Positions 10,400 through 19,887 of a stretch of 64,000 bases of DNA are shown here, piece after piece (the stretch's first letter is position 1; each line of letters starts with the position of its first letter). The notes beneath the pieces were generated by a model. The model did no database searches, had not been told where the DNA came from, and saw only the letters and a program-made list of their open reading frames with translations. Both the position numbers and the translations under genes were made by a program. The DNA is from an uncultured bacterium (GTDB lineage: Bacteria > Patescibacteriota > Minisyncoccia > Moranbacterales > UBA2206): positions 72,786-136,785 of the forward strand of contig CAIKZD010000009.1 in assembly GCA_903831805.1 (NCBI GenBank). Reading direction: 5' to 3'.

Positions 10400-11851
10400 A
10401 TGCTTCTAAACAAGCCAAAATCCAGTTTTCATATCGAAACCGTCAGCGCCGTGTTCATCATTGCTGCGGTGGCCGCTTTTATTTTGTCTAACTTTTTTCT
10501 CGGCTTTAGTTTTCCGATCTATCTTTTGGCTATGACCATCGCTTTTATGTTGACGGTTTTCTATCCTAAAGCCGGACTATACGCCATCGTTTTTCTCACC
10601 ATCATCTTCGAAAGATTTTTCACGCTAGCGGGAATCTATCTTGGGCGGGAAGAATATAAATTTTATCCGCTGGACGTGATTATCCTGGCGATGTTTCTAG
10701 GATTGCTGTTCAGCTTTTTGCGAGCCACGCCCGCATCGCGACAAAACTTTAAACTAGTGAAAAATGATGGGGTGTTGATTATTTTCATCCTGCTTAACGT
10801 TGTCTATTTTTTGGCTAGCGTTTTTCTGATTAAATCCAGTGCCTACTTAGCTTTTTCTTCGCTCAAAAATTACGGCTTCTACAGCTTGTTATATTTCCTA
10901 GTTTTTTGGCTGATACAGACCCGCGAGGATATCGCGCGTTTGTTTAAATTTTTCTTCGCCGGCGCCCTGGCGGTCATCGGCTTTATCCTTTTCGGAATCA
11001 TGAATGGTAATGGCCTCTGGACGGAGTTTACGCCATTGTCCACGCCGGGTGTGCGGATTTTAGCGTTCACGCACGGCCTGTATCTTTCTTTGGCTTTTGT
11101 GGGTCTTTTGGCCTATTTACTGATGAAAAAACAGCCGGCCGAAAAAAAATATCTATACTGGATTTTTTCAATTTGGCTCATTGGGATTGCCGGCACGATG
11201 ATGCGACATTTGTGGATCAGTGTTATTCTGGCTATCGCAGTAATCTATTTTTATCTTCCGATAGAAAAAAAGTTAGCCATGCGGAAATTATTTTGGCATT
11301 TTGCTTTGGTTCTTTTGGGCGCCCTAACCCTAGTCTTTTATGTCACCACCATGTCTCCTTATTCCAAGCTGACCGACTTTACCCAGCGGACTGCAAGTGC
11401 TATCGCTCAAAGAGGCAGCTCCATTGCGAACGCTAGCGCCGACGAAAGTTTTGCCTGGCGAGAATTGGTCTGGAGTGCGGCTTACAAAGATTTTAAGCAG
11501 GATCCGCTTTTAGGCATCGGGACCGGGAAAATGGTTTATGTTGAAACTCGTTCTTATCGAGATTTCATCGAAGTGCGCAATATCCACAATTCCTATTTGG
11601 CAGTGCTGATTCAACTGGGCCTTTTGGGCTTTGGCCTCTTGGGGTTTTTCCTGTATAAAAACATGCGGAACTTAATTTTTTCACTGACCAAGAACAAGGA
11701 GAGGTTTTATGCCCTGGCGATTTTGGGTGTCTTGGTGATTTATCTGGTCGCTCTCATGTTCCAGCCCTATCTTGAAACTAATCTGTTGGCCATTTTCTTC
11801 TGGATGAGTCTGGGCCTGTCTCGAAACATCGCAAATGGCCGCTATAACTAA
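10400..11851 (+). CDS. O-antigen ligase/polymerase family membrane protein (Wzy_C-like)
   Basis: 483 aa polytopic; the HNSYLAVLIQLGLLG motif matches the O-antigen ligase signature H-N-x-x-L-x-x-x-E/Q-x-G. Confidence 0.6.
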   Translation: MLLNKPKSSFHIETVSAVFIIAAVAAFILSNFFLGFSFPIYLLAMTIAFMLTVFYPKAGLYAIVFLTIIFERFFTLAGIYLGREEYKFYPLDVIILAMFLGLLFSFLRATPASRQNFKLVKNDGVLIIFILLNVVYFLASVFLIKSSAYLAFSSLKNYGFYSLLYFLVFWLIQTREDIARLFKFFFAGALAVIGFILFGIMNGNGLWTEFTPLSTPGVRILAFTHGLYLSLAFVGLLAYLLMKKQPAEKKYLYWIFSIWLIGIAGTMMRHLWISVILAIAVIYFYLPIEKKLAMRKLFWHFALVLLGALTLVFYVTTMSPYSKLTDFTQRTASAIAQRGSSIANASADESFAWRELVWSAAYKDFKQDPLLGIGTGKMVYVETRSYRDFIEVRNIHNSYLAVLIQLGLLGFGLLGFFLYKNMRNLIFSLTKNKERFYALAILGVLVIYLVALMFQPYLETNLLAIFFWMSLGLSRNIANGRYN

Positions 11852-11856
11852 AAGCT

Positions 11857-13053
11857 ATGAAAATTCTGGAAATCAATAAATTCAATTTTGCCAACGCCGG
11901 CGCCGACAAACATTTTTTGGATCTGGTGGCTTTGCTACGCGCTCAGGGCAACGAAGTGGCGGTTTTTGCCATGGATCACCCTCGAAACGAAGCTTCTCCC
12001 TGGAAGAAACATTTCGTCAGTTATGTAGGATATAATAGAGGGGATTCGACGGTGTGGCAAAGAGTGAAGGGCGCCTTGCGCATGTTCTATTCTTTCGAAG
12101 CCAAGAGAAAAACCGCCAAATTACTGGACGAGTTTCAGCCAGACGTCGTGCATATTCACAATATCTACCATCAAATTTCCCCGTCCATTCTGTCAGAAAT
12201 CAAGAAACGCGGAATTCCGGTGGTGATGACCGTGCATGATTATGCCCTCATTTGCCCGGATTATTTGATGGAATGCAGTGAAAAAGATTGGTTTGGTTTT
12301 GTGAAAAATAAATGTTTCAAAAATTCTTATGTCAAAAGTTTGGTGGCGATTTTGCGATTCAGTTTCCATCAATATCTGGACATCTATGACAAAAATATCG
12401 ACCGCTATATTTCACCCAGCCGATTCACTAAAAATATCTTGGTGAAAAACGGTCTGGCCGAAAACAAAATTACAGTCCTCCCTCATTTCCACCCGGAAGA
12501 TATGCCTGAAGAAAAAAAACCGGCGCGCAGTCAGGAAAGGTATGTGCTTTACGCCGGTAGAATTTCCGCCGACAAAGGAGTGGGCGAATTGATCGCTACT
12601 TTCAAAAAGATGAGAAACGTTACGCTCATTCTGGCAGGGAAAAAGGACGAAAACTTTATTTTAGGAGAAGCGGAGAATGTTAAATATGTCGGCTTTTTAT
12701 CCCACCGAGAGCTGTTGAAATATATACGCGGGGCGCTTCTCTTAGTGTCATTCTCGCGTCTGCCGGAAACATTCGGACTGATAGCTTTGGAAGCGGCTGC
12801 TAACGCTAAGCCATTCGTCGGTTTTGACAGTGGGGCTTACAGTGAAATTGTCGAGGATGGCCACGATGGTTACATTTGTCATAGCGCGGAGGAAATGCAA
12901 GAAAAAATAGAAAAATTAGTTGTTGATAATGGCCTGCGAATTTTATTCTCGCGTAATGCGGCAAAGAAAGCGGAAAAATTCAATAGTCAAAAATATTACA
13001 CAGAAATTATGTATGAATTTTCCGAGAACATACGGCGGAAAAAACGCGCTTGA
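11857..13053 (+). CDS. glycosyltransferase family 4
   Basis: GT-B fold; C-terminal EAAANAKPFVGFDSGAYSEIVEDGHDGY (E-x7-E motif). Confidence 0.8.
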   Translation: MKILEINKFNFANAGADKHFLDLVALLRAQGNEVAVFAMDHPRNEASPWKKHFVSYVGYNRGDSTVWQRVKGALRMFYSFEAKRKTAKLLDEFQPDVVHIHNIYHQISPSILSEIKKRGIPVVMTVHDYALICPDYLMECSEKDWFGFVKNKCFKNSYVKSLVAILRFSFHQYLDIYDKNIDRYISPSRFTKNILVKNGLAENKITVLPHFHPEDMPEEKKPARSQERYVLYAGRISADKGVGELIATFKKMRNVTLILAGKKDENFILGEAENVKYVGFLSHRELLKYIRGALLLVSFSRLPETFGLIALEAAANAKPFVGFDSGAYSEIVEDGHDGYICHSAEEMQEKIEKLVVDNGLRILFSRNAAKKAEKFNSQKYYTEIMYEFSENIRRKKRA

Positions 13054-13117
13054 CTTATTTTTGATTTAATGGTAGTATTTTAAGTTAAAACAGGGTAAAA
13101 AAGATAGTAAAAAAACT

Positions 13118-14290
13118 ATGAAAATAGCATTTATCGGACAAAAAGGAATACCAGCCAAATTCGGCGGCGTAGAAACATACACCGAAAATGTGGCACTGCG
13201 GATGGCCAAAAAAGGACATACGGTTTTTGCCTATACCCGAAAGAACTATACTGATCCTAAGTTGCAAGAATATAGAGGTGTGAAGCTGATTAGCTTGCCG
13301 AGCATCCCGACGAAAAACTTGGACGCCATCAGTCACACTTTTTTGGCGACGGTGCATGCCATATTTCAAGATTATGATGTCATCCATTACCATTCTATCG
13401 GACCGAGTTCGCTCAGTTTTCTAATTAGAATTTTCAAACCCCGCACGGCGGTCGTTGCGATTTTCCAATGCCAGGATTACGCGCACAAAAAATGGGGCTG
13501 GTTTGCTAAAAAATATCTTAAGTTTTCCGAATTTCTGACTTGTAAGGTGCCTGATGTGACCATTGTGGTTTCCAGCATTCTCAAAAAATATGCCACCGAA
13601 GTATATCATCAAGAAACGGTCCTGATTCCCAATGGGACTGAAATAAGACACGTCGAAAAATCCGACTACCTCGCAAAATGGAATTTGCAAAAGGGTAGCT
13701 ATATCGTGTCTATCGGACGGTTGATCCGTCACAAAGGTGTGCATTACCTGATTGAAGCTTTCAAAAATTTGGAAGACAAACATTTGACGCGTGGAAAAAA
13801 ATTGGTGATTGTGGGCGATGGTTTTCACACGGATGATTATGTCAAAGAATTGAAAGATATGGCGCGTGGCCGAGAAAGCATTATTTTCACTGGCAGTCAA
13901 ACCGGAGAAGAGCTGGATCAGCTGTTTGCGCATAGTTATATGTTTGTGCAACCGAGTGAGTCGGAAGGCCTGTCTATGGCGCTTCTGGAAGCAATGGGAC
14001 ACGCCAAGGCGATTCTTTCCAGTGATATCAAGGAAAATAAGGAACCGTTAAATGAGGCTACGGCGGTGTTTTTCCGTTCGGGGGATGCGCGGGATTTGGA
14101 GGAAAAAATGGTTTTTCTCATCAATAATCCGGCGTTGGCCAAAGAGATGGGAGACGCGGCGATGCAAAAAGCGCGCGATGAATATAGTTGGGACACGATC
14201 GTGACGCAGATTGAAAAAGTTTATGCGGATGTTTTAGCTAAGAAAAAGAAAAGTATTTTCAAGACGAAACTGCATGGGAAAAGTATTTAA
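13118..14290 (+). CDS. glycosyltransferase family 4 (DUF1972-type N-terminus)
   Basis: MKIAFIGQKGIPAKFGGVETYTENVA N-terminus; C-terminal SESEGLSMALLEAMGHAKAILSSD. Confidence 0.8.
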   Translation: MKIAFIGQKGIPAKFGGVETYTENVALRMAKKGHTVFAYTRKNYTDPKLQEYRGVKLISLPSIPTKNLDAISHTFLATVHAIFQDYDVIHYHSIGPSSLSFLIRIFKPRTAVVAIFQCQDYAHKKWGWFAKKYLKFSEFLTCKVPDVTIVVSSILKKYATEVYHQETVLIPNGTEIRHVEKSDYLAKWNLQKGSYIVSIGRLIRHKGVHYLIEAFKNLEDKHLTRGKKLVIVGDGFHTDDYVKELKDMARGRESIIFTGSQTGEELDQLFAHSYMFVQPSESEGLSMALLEAMGHAKAILSSDIKENKEPLNEATAVFFRSGDARDLEEKMVFLINNPALAKEMGDAAMQKARDEYSWDTIVTQIEKVYADVLAKKKKSIFKTKLHGKSI

Positions 14291-15299
14291 CCTAAAAACA
14301 TTTTGGATAGTTTATATTATCGCCGTTGTTGCGATTTTTGTGATGAGCGTGAATGCCGGGCGGGTGTATGAATCCGTTACTGAGGTCTTGATCATTCCCA
14401 AAAGCGACATGGCGGTGAAAAATTCCGAACAAATCATTGCCAATCTAAGCCAGCTGCCCTACACCTTAGCTTTCTATGACCGCATGGTGGCGGAAAATGA
14501 AGACGCGGCCAACGCGGCGGCGACTGAATTGCCGGATTACAAAAAAAAGGCCGACTGGAATTCCCGGCTGAAAATTATGCGGGTCGGCACCAGTGGGATC
14601 TTTAAGATTATGACGACTGACCAGGATAGATATCAAGCTGAGGTTTTGAGCTCGGAGGCCGCCAAGACTTTGGTCAGCACCGTCGGACTGTATTATAATA
14701 TTGAAACGGATCTGGATGTGCGGATCATTGATCCGACCATCACCAATTATTCCGCTGGGGCGTTCGACTTTGTGTTATTTTTCGAAAGTATCAGCGCGGC
14801 TTTTTTGGGAATTTTTTTCATCTTTTTTGTTTCTCTTACAGTCTTCGAAGAGGAAGCCATACCACAAATCGCCCGTTCTAATTTTTTCGCTTGGCCGGAA
14901 AAAGAAAGTGCTACTGAGTTCTCCATTGAAAATGCGGTCGAAAAAGTTCCGACGGAAGTCAAAAAAGAATGGACATTGCCAGTAGAAGAAAAACCATATA
15001 CTGATTTCGTGAACACCACGAGAACCGCCAGTGCTCCGGCTAATCTACCGATTGCAGAAGACGAAATTTTTTCAGATAAGGCAGGCGAAGAAAAATCGGA
15101 GTCGGAGTTCGACTCCGGAGCTCCGGAGTCGAACTCCGATTTTTCGGTGTCGGAAATAAAAGTGGAAATTCCAAAAGAAGAGTCCGCTGCCGCTCCTGCT
15201 GAAGCTATGGCGGATGAAACAGAACTTCCGATAACGCGGGAGGCGACATCGGAGGAAGTGAAGGCCAGGTTAAATAAATTACTTTCTGGAAAATTATAA
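14274..15299 (+). CDS. Wzz-like chain-length determinant protein with repeat-containing C-terminal tail
   Basis: N-terminal TM, periplasmic-type domain, second TM (FVLFFESISAAFLGIFFIFFVSLTVF), then acidic low-complexity tail carrying a palindromic in-frame element. Confidence 0.5.
   Translation: MGKVFNLKTFWIVYIIAVVAIFVMSVNAGRVYESVTEVLIIPKSDMAVKNSEQIIANLSQLPYTLAFYDRMVAENEDAANAAATELPDYKKKADWNSRLKIMRVGTSGIFKIMTTDQDRYQAEVLSSEAAKTLVSTVGLYYNIETDLDVRIIDPTITNYSAGAFDFVLFFESISAAFLGIFFIFFVSLTVFEEEAIPQIARSNFFAWPEKESATEFSIENAVEKVPTEVKKEWTLPVEEKPYTDFVNTTRTASAPANLPIAEDEIFSDKAGEEKSESEFDSGAPESNSDFSVSEIKVEIPKEESAAAPAEAMADETELPITREATSEEVKARLNKLLSGKL
15092..15146. repeat. 55-bp near-perfect palindrome located in-frame inside CDS
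   Basis: AAAATCGGAGtcggagTTCGACTCCGGAG|CTCCGGAGTCGAACTCCGATTTT; encodes ESEFDSGAPESNSDF. The opposite strand encodes the same peptide. Confidence 0.8.
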
Positions 15300-15305
15300 A
15301 CATAT

Positions 15306-16664
15306 ATGACAAAAAAATATTCGCTTAAATTTTGGATTAGTTTCTGGTCAGTGGCCATCATTTTGTTGGCCGGTTTTTGCCTGGTGTTGCAATTCAAAAA
15401 GAATCCGGCTGGGACGTTGGAGACGGCCATCGATTGGGTGCCGTGGCTGAGAAACAAAGCCGAACTGAAAACCGTGGCCTATTTCGGAAACTATTTGCTG
15501 GCGCAAGATGACCAGGAAAAAACTTTCCTGTTGCTTTTCCAAAACAATATGGAACTGCGGCCCGGTGGGGGATATATCGGCACTTTCGGTATTTTAAAAA
15601 TGAAAAACGGCCACGTTACTACACTGCAAACCCATGATCTTTCCAACTTTGATGGTCGTGTGCCGAATGGCATTGTGGCGCCGTACCCCATGAAGGAAAC
15701 TTTAAATGTTAGTGATTGGAAAATGCGCGATTCCAATTGGTCGCCGGATTGGGCCACCAATGCCCAAAAAGCCGCCGAATTTTACCACCTCGGTCAAGGC
15801 CAAGAAAATTTTGACGGCATCATCGGCATCAATACTGATGTTTTGACTTCCTTTTTGAAGGCCACCGGACCGATCACGCTGGCCGATTATCCAGGCACTT
15901 ACGACAGTGAAAACGCTATCCTGACTTTGGAATACCAGGTGGAAAAAGGCTACGCGGATCAAGGCATCCAAAAGGGTGACCGCAAAACGGTCATGAACGA
16001 ATTGGCCGATGCCATCATGCAAAAAGTTTTCACGTTTAACATTTCGCAAAAAATTGATTTGGCGGAAATTATTTTGGCCGATCTCAATCAAAAAGATATC
16101 CAACTCTATTTCAAAGAGGCGACTTTGGAACGGCAAGCTGAAGCGGCCGCCTGGTCGGGGAATGTCAATCAGAATTGGCACTCGGATTATCTGGCGATGG
16201 TGGACGCTAATCTTGGCGCGTTCAAGAGCGACTATTATATGAAACGCAGTTTTGACTATACCGTTGACATGACCAGTGACTTGCCGAAAGCCGATTTGAA
16301 AATTACGTATGTGCACACCGGCAAGGTGAAAGACTGGATGACCCGCGATTATCTGACGTATCTGCGTGTGTATGTGCCGGATGGCGCGTGGCTGGAAAAT
16401 TCCAACGGTTTGGGTGAGGTTAAATTTGGCGCAGAATTGGGCAAGAAATATTTCGGCTCTATCGTGACAGTTCCCCTGAACGAAACCCGCACCGTGGAAA
16501 TCGCCTATACCTTGCCGCCGGAAATCGCCGCCAATTACAATCTACTCATCCAAAAAGAATCCGGCCTAAGTACGGTGCCGGGGAAAGTTACTGTCATTGG
16601 GAAAGACGGACAATCAAAAGTTTATAATATCAATTTAGAGAATAATTGGCAGTTGGTGAAATAA
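15306..16664 (+). CDS. membrane-anchored DUF4012-like protein (polysaccharide-locus associated), hypothetical
   Basis: 452 aa, N-terminal TM helix, ELRPGGGYIGTFG segment; domain assignment is from memory and not verified. Confidence 0.4.
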   Translation: MTKKYSLKFWISFWSVAIILLAGFCLVLQFKKNPAGTLETAIDWVPWLRNKAELKTVAYFGNYLLAQDDQEKTFLLLFQNNMELRPGGGYIGTFGILKMKNGHVTTLQTHDLSNFDGRVPNGIVAPYPMKETLNVSDWKMRDSNWSPDWATNAQKAAEFYHLGQGQENFDGIIGINTDVLTSFLKATGPITLADYPGTYDSENAILTLEYQVEKGYADQGIQKGDRKTVMNELADAIMQKVFTFNISQKIDLAEIILADLNQKDIQLYFKEATLERQAEAAAWSGNVNQNWHSDYLAMVDANLGAFKSDYYMKRSFDYTVDMTSDLPKADLKITYVHTGKVKDWMTRDYLTYLRVYVPDGAWLENSNGLGEVKFGAELGKKYFGSIVTVPLNETRTVEIAYTLPPEIAANYNLLIQKESGLSTVPGKVTVIGKDGQSKVYNINLENNWQLVK

Positions 16665-16721
16665 CTCGATATGCACCCAAGGCCTCGCCTTGGGGCTTTC
16701 TGGGTCTTTATGATTTGCATG

Positions 16722-16809
16722 CCTTTGTCATTCCCGCGTAGGCGGGGAATCTAGTGTAAAAACTTAGAAATTTGCGACTGGATTCCCGTATACACGGGAA
16801 TGACAAAGG
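16722..16809. repeat. MITE-like palindromic element, family C (TIR CCTTTGTCATTCCCG / CGGGAATGACAAAGG)
   Basis: 88 bp with perfect 15-bp terminal inverted repeats and two internal hairpins; related copies at 21987, 40396 and 43549. Confidence 0.8.
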
Positions 16810-16829
16810 AAGATGTTTTTATTAAAAGT

Positions 16830-16851
16830 GCCGGATAATGTTTCCGGTAAA
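16830..16851 (+). promoter_or_regulatory. conserved leader hairpin GCCGGAtAAtGTTTCCGGTAAA upstream of small ORF
   Basis: Hairpin CCGGA-n7-TCCGG about 32 nt upstream of the ATG at 16883; near-identical copy at 17576-17600 upstream of the ATG at 17633. Confidence 0.4.
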
Positions 16852-16882
16852 TCTTTAACAAAAAGAAGAGGAGAGAGAGACA

Positions 16883-17314
16883 ATGCAAAGTTATATTTCT
16901 TATTCATTACTGGGTGTTGTGTGTGCAATTTTATTGCTGGCTTTAGTATTTGCAATCACGCTTTATGAGATCACAATTAAAGCGAATGCTAGCGTTTTTT
17001 CAAGGGCAGTTGTAACTTCAGAAAGTATTTTTTGGGCTCGATTCAGAGAGTTTATGGTGGTTGCTATGAAGACTATTATGTCTCGGGTTGAAATTGAAAT
17101 AGGGGATAAAATAGTTACTGGGTTGCTTCTGGAAAGATGGTCGGTTATAAACGACAGTTTAGTTGCAATAATTTATCCAAAAACCCTCGAGAGTGATTTG
17201 GATAAATTTTTCATTAGACTTCTTAACGCAGTGGCCGTCAGTGGCACTCCAAAACTTCACAATGATATAAGCATAGTTGCTAGACTCTTTACGAGTGGCT
17301 TTAAGTTTGTTTAA
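16883..17314 (+). CDS. small membrane protein, hypothetical
   Basis: 143 aa, N-terminal TM helix; GAGGAGAGAGAGA RBS-like tract upstream. Confidence 0.45.
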   Translation: MQSYISYSLLGVVCAILLLALVFAITLYEITIKANASVFSRAVVTSESIFWARFREFMVVAMKTIMSRVEIEIGDKIVTGLLLERWSVINDSLVAIIYPKTLESDLDKFFIRLLNAVAVSGTPKLHNDISIVARLFTSGFKFV

Positions 17315-17575
17315 GCCCCAAAAAATATCAAAGATCTGGTTTATTATTGGAGTGATGTCGGTCTTGAACAGGCCAAATGGAAAGAATTACTGATCCATTT
17401 GGGTGTTGAAAAGAGCAATAACGAGATAGTACAAGACCACCAAGATGAACAGGGCCACGAAGAAGAAATAAGCGACCATGAAACTTGATTGTATGATCTT
17501 GGTCCTAGGCGGAGTCTCTTTTTTCATTTCGCCAGAGGCTCATTCAACAAGAGAGACTCTGACGAGAAGGAAAAA

Positions 17576-17600
17576 CGCCGGACAAAGTTTCCGGTAAAAA
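17576..17600 (+). promoter_or_regulatory. second copy of conserved leader hairpin GCCGGAcAAaGTTTCCGGTAAAAAG
   Basis: Same motif and spacing to the start codon as at 16830. Confidence 0.4.
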
Positions 17601-17632
17601 GTTGTTTATCAGAAGAATAAGAGGAGGAGGAA

Positions 17633-17770
17633 ATGATAAATATATTTGTATTGTGTGGCTTATCTCTGGCAGGATTTGTCCTGTTGTTAGTAGTGGTGAT
17701 TGCCTGTGTAATGGGTATTGCTACAAGAGGGCATTTGCCGCCAGAAGATGAGGATGAAGACATGGGATGA
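17633..17770 (+). CDS. 45-aa membrane peptide (MINIFVLCGLSLAGFVLLLVVVIACVMGIATRGHLPPEDEDEDMG), hypothetical
   Basis: Strong RBS AAGAGGAGGAGG 4 nt upstream; TM helix plus acidic tail; not in ORF track (<60 aa). Confidence 0.35.
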   Translation: MINIFVLCGLSLAGFVLLLVVVIACVMGIATRGHLPPEDEDEDMG

Positions 17771-17840
17771 AGCAAGCGTGCATCTGTTTTGTCTCCGCTC
17801 GATTTACACTGGGACTTTCAAACGTTCCAGTGTCTTTTTT

Positions 17841-19319
17841 TTATCCTCCGATGCCAATCCTACCCAGGATGGAAGTTTTTTCGGGGAAGATGATGGAGTT
17901 TAAGGTAGTGGAAGAATTTGCCGTGTCGGTGAAAAAAACATTACCCAAGAAGCTGTTATAAATCACAAAAGGATTGTCTAAATTCGTGTTGAATATGTCC
18001 AGGCAGTTGCGCCGGTCGCGGGCATCCAGTTCGATGATTTTGGTGAAACGTCCGACGGTGAAGACGACATGCTCATAGTCATAGAACCATTGGACATTTT
18101 GGACCGGGGTGGAATAGCGCGTGATGTTTTCCATGGTGTCCTCGGTGCGTTGCGGCTGAGAAATGCCATCGCGCAAGTAGTAGACGGAGATTTCATTGCC
18201 AGACCAGAAAAGCAGTTTTTTGCCGTCGTCGGAAAAATGCGTTTCCAAGATGCCATCATTTAATTTGCGAAAATAGTTGGCATGTTCACCTTGATTGAAA
18301 ATATAGAGATCTTGATGATCGTCAAGAAGGGCGATGCGCGCATCATCATACACGACGAGGCTGGCGATTTTTTCCGCTGCTTCCCCGGGAAAATTGTTGG
18401 TGATTTGGGTTGGTTGAGCCTGTCCGTCCAGGCTGTTTTTGTAGAGCAGGTTGTTGGACAGTAGGGCATAGTAGACATTGGAACCGGACAGGTCATAGGC
18501 ACTGACGCCAGTTGCGATGGCCGCCACATCGCCCTTGGCCTTCAAATTGGCCCGGTAGAGCGTGTCGCCGTCTAGGAAGAACAAATAGCCGGTCTGTTTC
18601 GGGTCCCAACGCACATGAGAGATTGAGTCTTTGCCCAAAAACTTAGCCAGGTCCAATTGAGTCTGGTCAGCCAAAGTTACGATAAAATAGTCATAGGCAG
18701 TTTGGCCATTCGCGGTGGTTTTGACCGGGAGGGAAAAGGCGGATTCATCCGGGGACCACTCGATGTTTTCTTGGCGATCAGCCCCGGCGAAATTCCAGCC
18801 GGGAAAATCGAATGTGGCGGTGGTTTTTTTGGCACCGATATCAAAAACCGAAGCCGTGATTTTTTCTGCGGTCGGCACCGTGTAGGCCAAGAGTTTGTTT
18901 TTGGGCGAAAGGAAAAATTTTTCCACGCCGGTGGTGTCATAGGTCGTGCGGTCATAACTGTCGCGCGTCAAAAGGACATTCCAAAATTCCGTGGCCACGC
19001 CGCTGTGGATGGCAATGTTTTTGTTCCAAGCTTGGAAACCCGGCGCTGAGACTTGGAAATTGTAGGCGTTGGGCAGAAGGCCGGTGATGTTGTAGGAGCT
19101 GTTGATGCGGTCCAGTTGCTTGGAAGCCGCCAAGGTGCCGTTCAAGCGGACATCCACCGTCTGTGGATTGGACTTGAAAGTGAGGGTGCCGCTATACACA
19201 AAAACGCCTCGGTGGTAATCAAAACGATAGCCCCGGGCGCGCAAAAGCACCAAGGGAACGGTGAGCAAAAAAAGCGTCACAAAGCTCCAAAACAGTATCA
19301 ATCTTTTCCATTTTTTCAT
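17841..19319 (-). CDS. membrane-anchored beta-propeller (TolB-like/PEGA-like) protein, hypothetical
   Basis: 492 aa, N-terminal TM helix, repetitive beta-strand-rich sequence with WD/YVTxD-like repeats. Confidence 0.4.
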   Translation of the reverse strand: MKKWKRLILFWSFVTLFLLTVPLVLLRARGYRFDYHRGVFVYSGTLTFKSNPQTVDVRLNGTLAASKQLDRINSSYNITGLLPNAYNFQVSAPGFQAWNKNIAIHSGVATEFWNVLLTRDSYDRTTYDTTGVEKFFLSPKNKLLAYTVPTAEKITASVFDIGAKKTTATFDFPGWNFAGADRQENIEWSPDESAFSLPVKTTANGQTAYDYFIVTLADQTQLDLAKFLGKDSISHVRWDPKQTGYLFFLDGDTLYRANLKAKGDVAAIATGVSAYDLSGSNVYYALLSNNLLYKNSLDGQAQPTQITNNFPGEAAEKIASLVVYDDARIALLDDHQDLYIFNQGEHANYFRKLNDGILETHFSDDGKKLLFWSGNEISVYYLRDGISQPQRTEDTMENITRYSTPVQNVQWFYDYEHVVFTVGRFTKIIELDARDRRNCLDIFNTNLDNPFVIYNSFLGNVFFTDTANSSTTLNSIIFPEKTSILGRIGIGG

Positions 19320-19407
19320 ATCCTAAATTCTAGCTGAGATTTGACTTATTGACAAGTAACCTTGAATCAGATATAGTATCTAGGTAATATTTTTACTTAA
19401 AACGGGT

Positions 19408-19713
19408 ATGTTAGCTATCATAAAAACAGGCGGAAAACAATACAAAGTTGCCGTGGGAGATAAGATTAAGGTGGAAAAATTGGAAGGCGAAGCCGGTTCC
19501 AAGATTATTTTTTCCGAAGTGCTTTTTGTGGGGGATGAAAAAGATGTCAAAGTCGGCACACCCTTCCTGACTGGCGCCACCGTAGAAGGCACGATTTTGC
19601 AGACGGCTAAAGGTGATAAGGTAGTGGGCATGAAATTCAAAGCCAAGAAACGCTATCGCGTCAAATTCGGACATCGGCAGCTGTTCACGGAGGTGGAGAT
19701 TGTGAAGATATAG
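19408..19713 (+). CDS. rplU: 50S ribosomal protein bL21
   Basis: MLAIIKTGGKQYKVAVGDKIKVEKL...RYRVKFGHRQLFTEVEIVKI, typical L21. Confidence 0.95.
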   Translation: MLAIIKTGGKQYKVAVGDKIKVEKLEGEAGSKIIFSEVLFVGDEKDVKVGTPFLTGATVEGTILQTAKGDKVVGMKFKAKKRYRVKFGHRQLFTEVEIVKI

Positions 19714-19785
19714 AAACTTTTGAGAAAACAAAAAACGAGCCAAGAGGTTCGTTTTTTAGTTTGCAAAAATTATGATTGTGCGGAC

Positions 19786-19885
19786 TGTTCGTCGTAATCG
19801 ACGGACCGTTCGCTTGGCTCAAAGTAAGCGCGAACAGTCCGCTCAGACTACTGGATTTGTTTTTTCGCGAACGGTCCGCTCCTCA
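19786..19885. repeat. cluster of inverted repeats (GCGGACTGTTCG / CGAACAGTCCGC) acting as a bidirectional terminator region
   Basis: Four copies of a 12-mer in alternating orientation between convergent rplU and recR, with T-tract TTTGTTTTTTCG. Confidence 0.5.
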
Positions 19886-19887
19886 AA

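Noticed and set aside
14747-15457. 236-aa antisense ORF
   Set aside because: It is opposite the Wzz-like gene. It is kept open by the palindromic in-frame element, which encodes the same peptide on both strands, and by low-complexity sequence, so it is judged an artefact.
15702-16316. 204-aa antisense ORF
   Set aside because: It lies inside and antisense to the well-supported 15306-16664 gene.
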